Part shown: piece by piece, positions 1 to 10,765 of the stretch
Numbering within the stretch: position 1 is the first letter of the stretch
Layout of the letters: each line of letters opens with the position of its first letter
From: a plasmid
Reading direction: 5' to 3' (one strand)
Sequence record: CP051941.1
Length of the DNA: 25,435 nucleotides
Notes under the pieces: model-generated
Told to the model about the DNA's origin: nothing
Databases searched by the model: none
What the model saw: the letters and a program-made list of their open reading frames with translations, nothing else
Made by a program: the position numbers and the translations under genes

Positions 1-60
1 AAACGAACACTGACATGATATATTAGTGATTAGCTATATTTTTTACTTTGCAACAGAACC
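1..60 (+). mobile_element. IS257/IS431 (IS6 family) right terminus. It is the continuation of the copy that begins at 24707, because the window is a circular permutation.
   Basis: Bases 1-60 are identical to 21427-21486 (the right end of the internal IS257 copy) and end in the terminal repeat ...ctttgcaacagaacc. Window end plus window start reconstitute a contiguous IS257 sequence. Confidence 0.85.
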
Positions 61-142
61 ATCATTTTTATTAAAATACTCTTTTGTAAAATCTTTCTGC
101 TCTTCAATGTATTTAATTTCTTTACCTCTAAATCTATTATAG

Positions 143-778
143 CTATTTGATGATTACAATAAAATTGATCTTACCTTATTGCCCTTGGAAGAGTTAGATA
201 ATTACCTAAAGGGCGATAAATTAATAAAGGTTCTAATTGATAAAGATTGTAGAATTAAAAGGGACATAGTTCCGACTGATATAGATTATCATGTAAGAAA
301 GCCAAGCGCAAGGGAGTATGATGATTGCTGCAATGAATTTTGGAATGTAACACCTTATGTTATTAAAGGATTGTGCCGTAAGGAAATTTTATTTGCTATT
401 GATCATTTTAATCAGATTGTTCGCCATGAGCTGCTGAGAATGATATCATGGAAGGTCGGCATCGAAACAGGCTTTAAATGAAGTGTAGGCAAGAACTATA
501 AGTTTATTGAAAGGTATATATCCGAGGATTTGTGGGAGAAACTTTTGTCCACCTACCGGATGGATTCCTATGAAAACATATGGGAAGCATTATTTCTATG
601 CCATCAATTGTTCAGGGCGGTATCCGGTGAGGTGGCGGAAAGGCTTCATTATGCCTATCCGGAGTATGATAGGAATATAACAAAATATACCAGGGACATG
701 TATAAAAAATACACTGGTAAAACCGGCTGCCTGGATAGCACATATGCCGCTGATATAGAAGAGAGGCGGGAACAGTGA
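143..778 (+). pseudogene. aadE: ant(6)-Ia (aadE) streptomycin adenylyltransferase, 3' portion only. The N-terminus is missing next to IS257 and there is an in-frame TGA at 479-481.
   Basis: The frame-2 translation (LFDDYNKIDLTLLPLEELDNYLKGDKLIKVL...GIETGFK*SVGKNYKFIERYISEDLWEKLLSTYRMDSYENIWE...ADIEERREQ) matches the C-terminal two thirds of ANT(6)-Ia from the aadE-sat4-aphA-3 cluster. The single stop at 479-481 splits it into the 179-481 and 530-778 ORFs, which are in the same frame. A TAG at 140-142 and unrelated sequence lie upstream. Confidence 0.75.
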
Positions 779-1305
779 TTACAGAAATGAAAGCAGGGCA
801 CCTGAAAGATATCGATAAACCCAGCGAACCATTTGAGGTGATAGGTAAGATTATACCGAGGTATGAAAACGAGAATTGGACCTTTACAGAATTACTCTAT
901 GAAGCGCCATATTTAAAAAGCTACCAAGACGAAGAGGATGAAGAGGATGAGGAGGCAGATTGCCTTGAATATATTGACAATACTGATAAGATAATATATC
1001 TTTACTACCAAGACGATAAATGCGTCGGAAAAGTTAAACTGCGAAAAAATTGGAACCGGTACGCTTATATAGAAGATATCGCCGTATGTAAGGATTTCAG
1101 GGGGCAAGGCATAGGCAGCGCGCTTATCAATATATCTATAGAATGGGCAAAGCATAAAAACTTGCATGGACTAATGCTTGAAACCCAGGACAATAACCTT
1201 ATAGCTTGTAAATTCTATCATAATTGTGGTTTCAAAATCGGCTCCGTCGATACTATGTTATACGCCAACTTTGAAAAAGCTGTTTTCTGGTATTTAAGGT
1301 TTTAG
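775..1305 (+). CDS. sat4: Streptothricin N-acetyltransferase Sat4.
   Basis: 176-aa GNAT protein with the acidic DEEDEEDEE tract typical of Sat4. Its start overlaps the aadE stop (ATGA), as in the Tn5405-type aadE-sat4-aphA-3 array. Confidence 0.9.
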   Translation: MITEMKAGHLKDIDKPSEPFEVIGKIIPRYENENWTFTELLYEAPYLKSYQDEEDEEDEEADCLEYIDNTDKIIYLYYQDDKCVGKVKLRKNWNRYAYIEDIAVCKDFRGQGIGSALINISIEWAKHKNLHGLMLETQDNNLIACKFYHNCGFKIGSVDTMLYANFEKAVFWYLRF

Positions 1306-1397
1306 AATGCAAGGAACAGTGAATTGGAGTTCGTCTTGTTATAATTAGCTTCTTGGGGTATCTTTAAATACTGTAGAAAAGAGGAAGGAAATAATAA

Positions 1398-2192
1398 ATG
1401 GCTAAAATGAGAATATCACCGGAATTGAAAAAACTGATCGAAAAATACCGCTGCGTAAAAGATACGGAAGGAATGTCTCCTGCTAAGGTATATAAGCTGG
1501 TGGGAGAAAATGAAAACCTATATTTAAAAATGACGGACAGCCGGTATAAAGGGACCACCTATGATGTGGAACGGGAAAAGGACATGATGCTATGGCTGGA
1601 AGGAAAGCTGCCTGTTCCAAAGGTCCTGCACTTTGAACGGCATGATGGCTGGAGCAATCTGCTCATGAGTGAGGCCGATGGCGTCCTTTGCTCGGAAGAG
1701 TATGAAGATGAACAAAGCCCTGAAAAGATTATCGAGCTGTATGCGGAGTGCATCAGGCTCTTTCACTCCATCGACATATCGGATTGTCCCTATACGAATA
1801 GCTTAGACAGCCGCTTAGCCGAATTGGATTACTTACTGAATAACGATCTGGCCGATGTGGATTGCGAAAACTGGGAAGAAGACACTCCATTTAAAGATCC
1901 GCGCGAGCTGTATGATTTTTTAAAGACGGAAAAGCCCGAAGAGGAACTTGTCTTTTCCCACGGCGACCTGGGAGACAGCAACATCTTTGTGAAAGATGGC
2001 AAAGTAAGTGGCTTTATTGATCTTGGGAGAAGCGGCAGGGCGGACAAGTGGTATGACATTGCCTTCTGCGTCCGGTCGATCAGGGAGGATATCGGGGAAG
2101 AACAGTATGTCGAGCTATTTTTTGACTTACTGGGGATCAAGCCTGATTGGGAGAAAATAAAATATTATATTTTACTGGATGAATTGTTTTAG
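1398..2192 (+). CDS. aph(3')-IIIa: Aminoglycoside 3'-phosphotransferase APH(3')-IIIa.
   Basis: 264 aa starting MAKMRISPELKKLIEKYRCVKDTEGMSPAKVYKLVGENENLYLKMTD, with the HGDLGDSN and DLGRSGRADKWYD motifs. RBS gaggaagg lies 8 nt upstream. Confidence 0.95.
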   Translation: MAKMRISPELKKLIEKYRCVKDTEGMSPAKVYKLVGENENLYLKMTDSRYKGTTYDVEREKDMMLWLEGKLPVPKVLHFERHDGWSNLLMSEADGVLCSEEYEDEQSPEKIIELYAECIRLFHSIDISDCPYTNSLDSRLAELDYLLNNDLADVDCENWEEDTPFKDPRELYDFLKTEKPEEELVFSHGDLGDSNIFVKDGKVSGFIDLGRSGRADKWYDIAFCVRSIREDIGEEQYVELFFDLLGIKPDWEKIKYYILLDELF

Positions 2193-2202
2193 TACCTAGA
2201 TT

Positions 2203-2255
2203 TAGATGTCTAAAAAGCTTTAACTACAAGCTTTTTAGACATCTAATCTTTTCTG
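2203..2255 (+). terminator. Rho-independent terminator downstream of aph(3')-IIIa.
   Basis: An 18-bp perfect inverted repeat (tagatgtctaaaaagctt ... aagctttttagacatcta) followed by a T-rich tract. Confidence 0.6.
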
Positions 2256-2467
2256 AAGTACATCCGCAACTGTCCATACTCTGATGTTTTATATCTTTTC
2301 TAAAAGTTCGCTAGATAGAGTTCTATATTAGAGATGTAAAGAGTTTTGGTGAAGAGGTTTGTGAGTATGGCTTTTATAACCAGGGTGCAATGAGAAGCAC
2401 TAACAGCAGCTAGCTTAAGAACGCATAGGATATACTTTTTATGGAAGTCACAGAGGAGGAATAAAAT

Positions 2468-3148
2468 TTGAACAGGATTAACAGAGTAACCTCTATTCTT
2501 ATTCAGCTGCAATCAAAAAAATAATTCCTGCCAAAGAAATTGCACAGCGATTTAATATAAGCTTAAGGACAGTTTACAGAGATATCCGGACACTTGAAGA
2601 AGCCGGAATACCAATTGGATCTGAGGCCGGAAAAGGATATTTTCTTGTAGAGGGCTTCCTACTTCCGCCGGTAATGTTTACAGCGGCGGAAGTGGGTGCA
2701 TTGATTACAGCAGGGAAATTTTTAAATTGCCATGGAGATGAATCATTTATAAAGGATTTTGATTCAGCTATGTATAAAATCAAATCTATTTTGAAGCATG
2801 GTGAAAAAAACTATGCACAGGAGTTGGAGAACAGTATTAACGTGTACAGCACATCTGGACAGAAAAATACATTGGCGGATAACGTTATTGCAGCAATTCA
2901 GACTGCAATCTGCAATAAAAGGGTAATATCAATTCAATATCCTGCATCAGGAGGGCAAGAACCGGAAAGCAGAATGATAGAGCCTATATCACTGGGGTTT
3001 TATGAACAGAACTGGTACTTAATCGGTTTTGCAGGCTAAGAAATGAATATAGGAATTTTCGTGTGGATCGGATTAAAAGCATTTGCATAGAAGAAGAGCT
3101 CTGTCAAAGCCATGATGGCTCTTTGGAACAAATATTAAAACAAATGCT
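2468..3148 (+). pseudogene. YafY/DeoR-like HTH-WYL transcriptional regulator, disrupted by two frameshifts and fused at its 3' end to IS257.
   Basis: TTG at 2468 opens LNRINRVTSILIQLQSKK in frame 2. A 7-A homopolymer at 2515-2521 shifts reading to frame 1 (IIPAKEIAQRFNISLRTVYRDIRTLEEAGIPIGSEAGKGYFLVEGF...WYLIGFAG*). After the stop at 3037-3039 the WYL-type sequence continues in another frame (RLRNEYRNFRVDRIKSI...) and runs into the IS257 terminal repeat at 3149. Confidence 0.55.
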
Positions 3149-3938
3149 GGTTCTGTTGCAAAGTAAAAAAATATAGCTAACCACTAATTTATCATGTCAG
3201 TGTTCGCTTAACTTGCTAGCATGATGCTAATTTCGTGGCATGGCGAAAATCCGTAGATCTGAAGAGACCTGCGGTTCTTTTTATATAGAGCGTAAATACA
3301 CTCAATACCTTTTAAAGTATTCTTTGCTGTATTGATACTTTGATACCTTGTCTTTCTTACTTTAATATGACGGTGATCTTGCTCAATGAGGTTATTCAGA
3401 TATTTCGATGTACAATGGCAGTCAGGTTTAAGTTTAAAAGCTTTAATTACTTTAACCATTGCTACCTTCGTTGAAGGTGCCTGATCTGTAATTACCTTTT
3501 GAGGTTTACCAAATTGTTTAATGAGACGTTTGATAAACGCATATGCTGAATGATTATCTCGTTGCTTACGCAACCAAATATCTAATGTATGTCCCTCTGC
3601 ATCAATGGCACGATATAAATAGCTCCATTTTCCTTTTATTTTGATGTACGTCTCATCAATACGCCATTTGTAATAAGCTTTTTTATGCTTTTTCTTCCAA
3701 ATTTGATATAAAATTGGGGCATATTCTTGAACCCAACGGTAGACCGTTGAATGATGAACGTTTACACCACGTTCCCTTAATATTTCAGATATATCACGAT
3801 AACTCAATGCATATCTTAGATAGTAGCCAACAGCTACAGTGATAACATCCTTGTTAAATTGTTTATATCTGAAATAGTTCATACAGAAGACTCCTTTTTG
3901 TTAAAATTATACTATAAATTCAACTTTGCAACAGAACC
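3149..3938 (-). mobile_element. IS257/IS431 copy 1 (complete, about 790 bp).
   Basis: Terminal inverted repeats ggttctgttgcaaagt (3149-3164) and actttgcaacagaacc (3923-3938) flank a 224-aa transposase. The flanking 8-mers differ (caaatgct / tcatttac), so there is no target-site duplication. Confidence 0.9.
3208..3882 (-). CDS. tnp: IS257/IS431 transposase (IS6 family, DDE).
   Basis: 224 aa starting MNYFRYKQFNKDVITVAVGYYLRYALSYRDISEILRERGVNVHHSTVYRWVQEYAPILYQIWKKK. It differs from the copy at 20754-21428 at only a few residues. Confidence 0.95.
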   Translation of the reverse strand: MNYFRYKQFNKDVITVAVGYYLRYALSYRDISEILRERGVNVHHSTVYRWVQEYAPILYQIWKKKHKKAYYKWRIDETYIKIKGKWSYLYRAIDAEGHTLDIWLRKQRDNHSAYAFIKRLIKQFGKPQKVITDQAPSTKVAMVKVIKAFKLKPDCHCTSKYLNNLIEQDHRHIKVRKTRYQSINTAKNTLKGIECIYALYKKNRRSLQIYGFSPCHEISIMLAS

Positions 3939-3939
3939 T

Positions 3940-4147
3940 CATTTACTATATGGGCATCTCTTTCATTATTAATACAAAGCTTTGTATCTCCGATATTAGG
4001 CAAAGGTGTAAACGAATTAGGTGATACTATAGGATTCAACATTATATTAATCGTTTCTTTAATAATGATTATCTTCTTATTTTTTATAAATCGTAGTAAA
4101 AATATCTCCTATGATTATATAAAAGTTCAAAGAGGTGAAGCCAATGA
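3940..4147 (+). pseudogene. 3' fragment of a membrane-protein gene truncated by IS257.
   Basis: An open frame begins directly at the IS257 boundary with no start codon (SFTIWASLSLLIQSFVSPILGKGVNELGDTIGFNIILIVSLIMIIFLFFINRSKNISYDYIKVQRGEANE*). It is hydrophobic and not recognised. Confidence 0.3.
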
Positions 4148-4329
4148 ATAAATTAGAAAAATGGTCTTTGGTATTTATTATTTTTACATTTCTCTCTTCA
4201 TTAGCACTTTTATATTTCAAATATAATTTTAGTTCGGTTATGCCAGTCCTAAGTCTTTCTATTTTAACTATACTAATATTGTTGACGAGTATTATTACTG
4301 TAGTTTCAGTTAATGATGAAGATACTTAA
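4135..4329 (+). CDS. Hypothetical small membrane protein (64 aa, two predicted TM helices).
   Basis: ORF with RBS aagaggtg 6 nt upstream of the ATG. It is followed by a terminator hairpin. No recognisable family. Confidence 0.35.
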   Translation: MKPMNKLEKWSLVFIIFTFLSSLALLYFKYNFSSVMPVLSLSILTILILLTSIITVVSVNDEDT

Positions 4330-4363
4330 AACGTTCATTAGTGAAACAGGTATTATATTAAAA

Positions 4364-4389
4364 AAGCGTACGAATTTGTACGCTTTTTT
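4364..4389. terminator. Bidirectional rho-independent terminator.
   Basis: aagcgtacgaatttgtacgctt hairpin with an A-run on the 5' side and a T-run on the 3' side. It sits between the convergent 4135-4329 ORF and binL. Confidence 0.6.
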
Positions 4390-4551
4390 CTTGTGTTATT
4401 ATTAAAATCTCATAACAGGAAAATATTATGAGATTTTAGACGCTGTCAGAACGTCTCTTTTACATCGAGTGACATTGAATCAAAGTCTTTGTATGTTAAT
4501 GATATATAAAATTATTTAGTAGATTCATTATAGTAAGCTAGATTAGTTGCT

Positions 4552-5130
4552 CTACTTGTTTTTATTCTCTTTTGCCTCTAATTTATTGAGATAACGATAA
4601 ATAGTTGTACGTGAAACTTGCCACTGCTCTGCAATTGTTTTAATTGGCGTACCATTATCATAAAGTGTCTTAAGTAAGTTTAAATCTTGTTTATTTAATT
4701 TTTCAGGTCTACCTCCATATCGGCCTCTAGCACGTGCTGCAATTCGACCGGCTGATGATCGCTCTAAAATTAAATTACGTTCAAACTCTGCAAATGCTGC
4801 GAATAAATGAAATAATAATTGTCCTGTAGAACTTGATTTATCCATCGTTATATTTTCTTCTAAACTATGAAAACTCACACCTCGTTCGTTAAGTTCATTA
4901 ACTAACGTGATTAAATCCTCCATGTTCCGTCCTAGTCTATCTAATCTCCAAACAACAATCGTATCTCCTGACCTCGCAAATTCAATTGCTTTATCTAAAC
5001 CAGGTCGCTTACTTTTTGAACCACTCATATGGTCATTAAATATCTTTTCACAACCATATGTATTTAATCGATCCTCCTGTAAATTCAAATTTTGTAATCC
5101 AGTTGAAACTCTTGCATAACCTATTTTCAA
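4552..5130 (-). CDS. binL: Serine recombinase / resolvase of the Tn552 BinL / pI258 Bin3 type.
   Basis: 192 aa starting MKIGYARVSTGLQNLNLQ (catalytic Ser in ARVST) with a C-terminal HTH (VSRTTIYRYL). It sits immediately downstream of blaI, as in Tn552-derived bla regions. Confidence 0.85.
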   Translation of the reverse strand: MKIGYARVSTGLQNLNLQEDRLNTYGCEKIFNDHMSGSKSKRPGLDKAIEFARSGDTIVVWRLDRLGRNMEDLITLVNELNERGVSFHSLEENITMDKSSSTGQLLFHLFAAFAEFERNLILERSSAGRIAARARGRYGGRPEKLNKQDLNLLKTLYDNGTPIKTIAEQWQVSRTTIYRYLNKLEAKENKNK

Positions 5131-5259
5131 AATACAGACCTCCTATATACACCTTTAGTGTACCATAACTTGATTACGAGGTCTTTTGTGAACATAGATT
5201 TTTTGTTGGGTTTTTGAACACATAATTCTATGTAATACATACTTATTTAGACATAAAAA

Positions 5260-5297
5260 GAGAGTGTACAGAAAATGGTTATTTTATGTACACTCTC
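5260..5297. promoter_or_regulatory. 11-bp inverted repeat (gagagtgtaca-N16-tgtacactctc) in the blaI-binL intergenic region. Candidate res subsite or binL operator.
   Basis: Perfect 11-bp arms seen directly. Its position upstream of the resolvase gene is where Tn552-family res sites lie. Confidence 0.35.
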
Positions 5298-5393
5298 ATC
5301 TTTACTAATATATTTTAAATGTTATTAACAAAACTAATTTAATAAGAGTCAAGTATAGTTTACATATGTATAATGTTTGAAACATATCTCTAA

Positions 5394-5774
5394 TTACTTT
5401 TTACTAATATCATTTAAAATGTCTCGCAATTCTTCAATTTCTTTGTTATTTAATTCTTCATTTTTCGCAAAATTTAGCACTAAACTTTTCATGTCCCCTC
5501 CATACAGTTTATTAAGAAAAGTTTTAGCAGTTTTCATTTTAATATCGTCTTCTTTAATATTTGATGAGTAAAAATAAATATTCTCTGATTTGTATCGTTT
5601 TATAATCTCTTTTTTATATAGTCTTGTGATTAATGTTCTAATTGTTTTATCGCTAACTTCTTTATATTTTTGAATTTCAACTACAATTTCATTAGCTGAT
5701 ACTGATTTTTTATCCCATATTATATTCATAACATCCCATTCAGCCATAGATATTTCAACTTGCTTATTGGCCAT
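5394..5774 (-). CDS. blaI: Beta-lactamase repressor BlaI.
   Basis: 126 aa starting [55 protein letters not shown]. Its start overlaps the blaR1 stop. Confidence 0.95.
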   Translation of the reverse strand: MANKQVEISMAEWDVMNIIWDKKSVSANEIVVEIQKYKEVSDKTIRTLITRLYKKEIIKRYKSENIYFYSSNIKEDDIKMKTAKTFLNKLYGGDMKSLVLNFAKNEELNNKEIEELRDILNDISKK

Positions 5775-7521
5775 TTAAAACACCCATTTCTTTTAATATT
5801 TTTTCACTGATTAATTCAGCATTTTTCCCAGACGGGTTTCCATCTGATAAATGTGTAGCAAAATAATACTTATCATGATTTGTAATTACGTAACCTACAA
5901 ACCACCCATTATTATACTTCCCGTTTACTATACCTGTACCTGTTTTCCCATACAGTTCATACTTTTCATTTTTCTTAATCAATAATGAAGAAGATAATTG
6001 ATTCTTTGCTTTTTTACTAAAATGGTTATTTTGTTCCATCATATTTTTAAAAACTATTACTTGTTCAAGATTAGATATTTTCAAACTATCTTCCATCCAA
6101 TAGTTTTTATAACTTCCCAAATTTTCATTACCATAATTTAATTGCTTGAGTTGAGCCGCAGTATAGTTCTTTGGTATTTGATTACTAATACGTTCGAAGT
6201 ACCAATTAACTGAATTTTGCATTGCTGTATTTAAATCTTGTTCCTTATTCCAAGACTCGAAAGGATAATGTTTATGATTCCATGACATACGTGAATTTTT
6301 ATCACTTATGATATGACGGTCAAGTCCAAACATCGCTAAATAAATTTTATAAGTTGAATCAGGAGAATATCTTTTTCTACTTTCTTTTTCATTATAAATA
6401 TAGTATTTGTCTTTCTTCATGCTGTACATGACGAAAGATCCACTATTTGAACCAAAATTTTTACTTTCATCTAAAATTTGGTGATCGTTCTGTAAGGGCT
6501 TTTTATAATTATAATCAGTTATGGATTGCCCCATCAAAAACTGGCTTTGAATTACTATGAGCAAAAAAGTAAAAATACAAATAAAAATTGGAATTAATTT
6601 AGACTGTTTTTTCAAATTGGCTTCTTTTATATTAATTAATCTTCTTTTGAGTAATGACTTTTTACCATTAAATGAATGGCTTAATATATTTTTATTAAAA
6701 AATGGAATATTTAATACGGAGTCCATAATAGATTCCGCATAAGTTTTAAATTCATTTTTGTTAATATTATTAAGAACAAATCTATCAGCTTCTACTTCAT
6801 TGTCATGAATTATCTTTCTTTTTACAATATGTATTAATGGATTGTAACTCATAACAATAGAGAAGATATTAAAGATAATTAAATGTAAAGTATCTCTATT
6901 TTTAGCATGAGCATATTCATGCAGTATTATATATTTTAGTCTTTTATCAATTACACTTTTAAAATATGAACTAGGAATCAAAATAATATATTTCCCATAC
7001 CAAAAAGTTATTGGAGATTGAATAGCCTCTGCTTTTCGAATCACAATATTTTTTTTATATTGATGGTTGAAAAGTATCGTATCTATTTTATTTTTTTCAT
7101 TTTCGTTTAGATAAAGTGACTGTTTCTTTAAATATTTAAGATATAATAAGGCTTTCAAAAATTTAAAACTTAAAATAATAACTAAAACTATCCAAATAAC
7201 TGTGCAGATATTATCAATTGAATCCCAATTAAACTTATGGATATCTGTTGTGAACTCTTGAATAGGTTTGGTGGTATTTATGTTATGGTTCAAATCGTGT
7301 GACTTACTTTCAACTGTGGGCGCTTGATTATTCACATTATTAAATTTTATAAAAGAGAATTTAATTGGGATAAAAGGAATTAATCCAGCAAGCATAGTTA
7401 GATACCAAACTTTATAATTTAAACTATAATTAAAATAGCGTTTTAATATGTACCTAAAAAATACTAACAATAGAAATATAAAACAAAAGCTTACTACGCT
7501 CATTATTAGTAATTTAGCCAT
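5764..7521 (-). CDS. blaR1: Beta-lactam sensor/signal transducer BlaR1.
   Basis: 585 aa from [16 protein letters not shown] (ATG at 7521; the ORF track extends to an upstream in-frame ATG at 7566). It contains the HEYAH zinc-protease motif and a C-terminal penicillin-binding sensor domain (STYKIY, KTGTG). Confidence 0.9.
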   Translation of the reverse strand: MAKLLIMSVVSFCFIFLLLVFFRYILKRYFNYSLNYKVWYLTMLAGLIPFIPIKFSFIKFNNVNNQAPTVESKSHDLNHNINTTKPIQEFTTDIHKFNWDSIDNICTVIWIVLVIILSFKFLKALLYLKYLKKQSLYLNENEKNKIDTILFNHQYKKNIVIRKAEAIQSPITFWYGKYIILIPSSYFKSVIDKRLKYIILHEYAHAKNRDTLHLIIFNIFSIVMSYNPLIHIVKRKIIHDNEVEADRFVLNNINKNEFKTYAESIMDSVLNIPFFNKNILSHSFNGKKSLLKRRLINIKEANLKKQSKLIPIFICIFTFLLIVIQSQFLMGQSITDYNYKKPLQNDHQILDESKNFGSNSGSFVMYSMKKDKYYIYNEKESRKRYSPDSTYKIYLAMFGLDRHIISDKNSRMSWNHKHYPFESWNKEQDLNTAMQNSVNWYFERISNQIPKNYTAAQLKQLNYGNENLGSYKNYWMEDSLKISNLEQVIVFKNMMEQNNHFSKKAKNQLSSSLLIKKNEKYELYGKTGTGIVNGKYNNGWFVGYVITNHDKYYFATHLSDGNPSGKNAELISEKILKEMGVLNGQ

Positions 7522-7552
7522 TTTGACACCTTCTTTCAAATATTTATAATAA

Positions 7553-8473
<921 letters not shown>

Positions 8474-8678
8474 TATTCTAAATGCATAATAAATACTGAT
8501 ATCATCTTATAGTTTGTATTATCGTTGACATGTATAATTTTGATATCAAAAACTGATTTTCCCTCTATTATTTTCGATATTTATTTTCTTAATTCTCTTT
8601 AACAAACTAGAAATATTGTATATACAAAAAATCATAAATAATAGATGAATAGTTTAATTATAGGTATTCATCAATCGA

Positions 8679-8716
8679 AAAAGCAACGTATCTTATTTAA
8701 AGTGCGTTGCTTTTTT
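8679..8716 (+). terminator. Rho-independent terminator about 200 bp downstream of blaZ.
   Basis: aagcaacg ... cgttgctt hairpin followed by a run of six T. Confidence 0.4.
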
Positions 8717-8986
8717 CTCATTTATAAGGTTAAATAATTCTCATATATCAAGCAAAGTGACAATAGCATTTTACAAGTATTTTTTATTGTTCGATTAGGG
8801 TAAACCTAAATAATACATAAATTATATTACAATATGTTTATTATAGAGGCTAAAGTATCTTAGAAATTTGGATAGTAGGTTTTTCGGGAATAAAAGTATA
8901 GTTGGCTTTAATATATAATTAAGCTAAGCTATCATTTATATTTACTCGATTATAATTCGCACTTCAACTTTTTTATAACGTAAAAA

Positions 8987-9406
8987 TTAAAACGTAGTTT
9001 TATTTATCTTTAGTAATATCTTTTTAAACACTACAGTTTCTTCATTAGTTAAATTAGCGAAGTAATGATTATTAAGTTGATAGGCTTTCTTTTCTAATGT
9101 TGGCCATAAGTCTTTTGCTTTATTTGTACTGTTTATTAGCACAGTTCTTCTATTTTCATTATCAGTTTGACGTGTTATTAGATCCTTTTTGGACATCTTA
9201 TCTAATATTCCAGATATTGTTGAAGGTTCTAAATTTAAAGTATTACCAATCGCTTTAGGTGTATTCAAATTACTATTAATCAAGCAATTCAAAACACCAT
9301 ATTCTGCTGGAGTAATATTATAGGGACTTAATAAACTTTTAAAATGTTTAAAAACTCTATTCTGAGAAGTACTCAACAAATAATTTATACAATTATCTAA
9401 TTCCAC
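8987..9406 (-). CDS. MarR-family transcriptional regulator.
   Basis: 139 aa with a winged-HTH region (PAEYGVLNCLINSNLNTPKAIGNTLNLEPSTISGILDKMSKKDLITRQTDNENRRTVLI). It is divergent from the oxidoreductase gene. Confidence 0.7.
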   Translation of the reverse strand: MELDNCINYLLSTSQNRVFKHFKSLLSPYNITPAEYGVLNCLINSNLNTPKAIGNTLNLEPSTISGILDKMSKKDLITRQTDNENRRTVLINSTNKAKDLWPTLEKKAYQLNNHYFANLTNEETVVFKKILLKINKTTF

Positions 9407-9439
9407 AACTAAAACCTCTCTTAAATCATTAGTATTGAC

Positions 9440-9512
9440 TCGCTTATCATATCATGATAAGTTTTGTAGGAAAATAGTTTTGCAACAAAAACATACTTCT
9501 ACAAAACAATTG
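9440..9512. promoter_or_regulatory. Divergent promoter region with candidate MarR operator palindromes.
   Basis: ttatcatatcatgataa (a perfect 17-bp palindrome, 9444-9460), and gttttgtagg ... ctacaaaac inverted repeats around it. Confidence 0.4.
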
Positions 9513-9529
9513 TGAAAGAAGGCTAATAA

Positions 9530-10501
9530 ATGTTCAATGCGGTAGTAGTGAGAAAAAGTGCATCAAATGTTAGTTATAAAGTAGAAAAAGTTGATGAATC
9601 TCATTTATCGAAGGGTGATGTATTAGTAAAAGTGGTATACTCTTCAATAAATTATAAGGATATGCTAGCTTTACAATATAAAGGCGGTGTAATTAGAGAT
9701 TATCCTATGATTCCTGGTATAGATTTTGCAGGTATTGTTGAATCAAGTTCGAATGATAAGTTTAAAGAAGGCGATAATGTATTAGTTACTGGTTATGATG
9801 TTGGCGTGACACATACAGGTGGATTTTCAGAATATGCACAAGTGCCTGGAGAGTGGATTGTTCCTATTCCCCAAGAAATGTCTATTAAAGAGTCTATGGT
9901 ATATGGCACAGCCGGTTTTACGGCAGCATTATCAATTTTTGAACTAGAAAAATATGGAATGAATATCAAATCACAACCTGAAATTTTAGTGTCTGGGGCT
10001 ACAGGTGGTGTGGGCAGTGTTGCTATACAAATTTTACATAAAATTGGATATGAAAATATCACTGCTATCGTAAGAAAAGAAAAGCAAATAGAAATCGCAA
10101 AAAAATTAGGTGCAAAACAAGTAATAATAATTGAAGATGATAATAAACCGCTTAAAAAAGGTATTTTTGATTATTTCTTAGATACAGTGGGGAGTAATGT
10201 AACATTATACGGTTTAAAACGTCTAAATTATCAAGGTGTTGCTACTGTATGTGGAAATGTAGCAGGAAATTCACTTAACGCTAATATATTACCGTTTATT
10301 CTTAGAGGTATTAAATTAATTGGCATTGATTCTGTATATGTTGATCATAATATCCGTGAAGATATATGGAGTAAGTTAGCAAATGAATGGAATATAGGAA
10401 ATTCACTTCTATACAATGAAATTGGATTTGAAGAATTCTATAAAACGATAGATCAGCTTTTAAAAGGACAACATTTAGGAAGAACTATTTTAAAAGTATA
10501 A
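9530..10501 (+). CDS. MDR-superfamily NAD(P)H quinone oxidoreductase (YhdH/AcuI-like).
   Basis: 323 aa with a GroES-like N-terminal domain and the Rossmann motif SGATGGVGS. RBS gaaggct lies upstream. Confidence 0.7.
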   Translation: MFNAVVVRKSASNVSYKVEKVDESHLSKGDVLVKVVYSSINYKDMLALQYKGGVIRDYPMIPGIDFAGIVESSSNDKFKEGDNVLVTGYDVGVTHTGGFSEYAQVPGEWIVPIPQEMSIKESMVYGTAGFTAALSIFELEKYGMNIKSQPEILVSGATGGVGSVAIQILHKIGYENITAIVRKEKQIEIAKKLGAKQVIIIEDDNKPLKKGIFDYFLDTVGSNVTLYGLKRLNYQGVATVCGNVAGNSLNANILPFILRGIKLIGIDSVYVDHNIREDIWSKLANEWNIGNSLLYNEIGFEEFYKTIDQLLKGQHLGRTILKV

Positions 10502-10543
10502 GTGTGAGTATTCATTAATACATTTACTATTAATTCAATCATT

Positions 10544-10573
10544 TTGCATTTCTCTACTAACCAGTGTTATAAT
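10544..10573 (+). promoter_or_regulatory. Sigma-A promoter for the antitoxin sRNA.
   Basis: -35 TTGCAT (10544-10549), 18-bp spacer, -10 TATAAT (10568-10573). Confidence 0.5.
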
Positions 10574-10579
10574 TTATAT

Positions 10580-10643
10580 AACGAAAATGATTAACAATTA
10601 ATGCACCAATCCCCACACTATTGCAGTAGTGTGGGGATTTTTT
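10580..10643 (+). ncRNA. SprA1AS-like antisense antitoxin sRNA (about 60 nt).
   Basis: Starts about 7 nt after the -10 and ends at a strong terminator (atccccacac-N11-gtgtggggat plus TTTTTT, 10609-10643). Its 5' part has two blocks complementary in trans to the toxin mRNA: cgaaaatgatta pairs with toxin codons 2-6, and taatgcacc pairs with the toxin Shine-Dalgarno ggugcauua. Confidence 0.55.
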
Positions 10644-10672
10644 CGATGCTGGCTTATAAAGTCGCCTATTAA

Positions 10673-10765
10673 TTATTTGTTGCGTTTACTAAGCCAATAA
10701 GTATAATACGCAACAGCACAGCCACTGATGACTGGTGCTATGATGTGAACGAAAATGATTAGCAA
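10673..10765 (-). CDS. Type I toxin peptide of the PepA1/SprA1 family (30 aa).
   Basis: Minus-strand ORF MLIIFVHIIAPVISGCAVAYYTYWLSKRNK, with TTG start and SD ggaggtg 7 nt upstream. It is near-identical in pattern to S. aureus PepA1 (MLIFVHIIAPVISGCAIAFFSYWLSRRNTK as recalled): one TM helix plus a basic tail. It is absent from the ORF track because it is under 60 aa. Confidence 0.7.
   Translation of the reverse strand: MLIIFVHIIAPVISGCAVAYYTYWLSKRNK

Noticed and set aside
61-136. Roughly 30-aa minus-strand ORF reading into the IS257 terminus (…NKNDGSVAK*).
   Set aside because: It is short, has no start codon or RBS, and is most likely a junction artefact of the IS257 insertion next to the aadE remnant.
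2300-2512. 70-aa minus ORF between aphA-3 and the WYL regulator.
   Set aside because: No RBS, antisense to the 5' end of the regulator pseudogene, and the composition looks random.
8474-8986. Looked for a Tn552 terminal inverted repeat or a second IS downstream of blaZ.
   Set aside because: I could find no inverted-repeat partner for this AT-rich stretch elsewhere in the window. There is only a weak terminator hairpin and a 29-aa ORF without an RBS.
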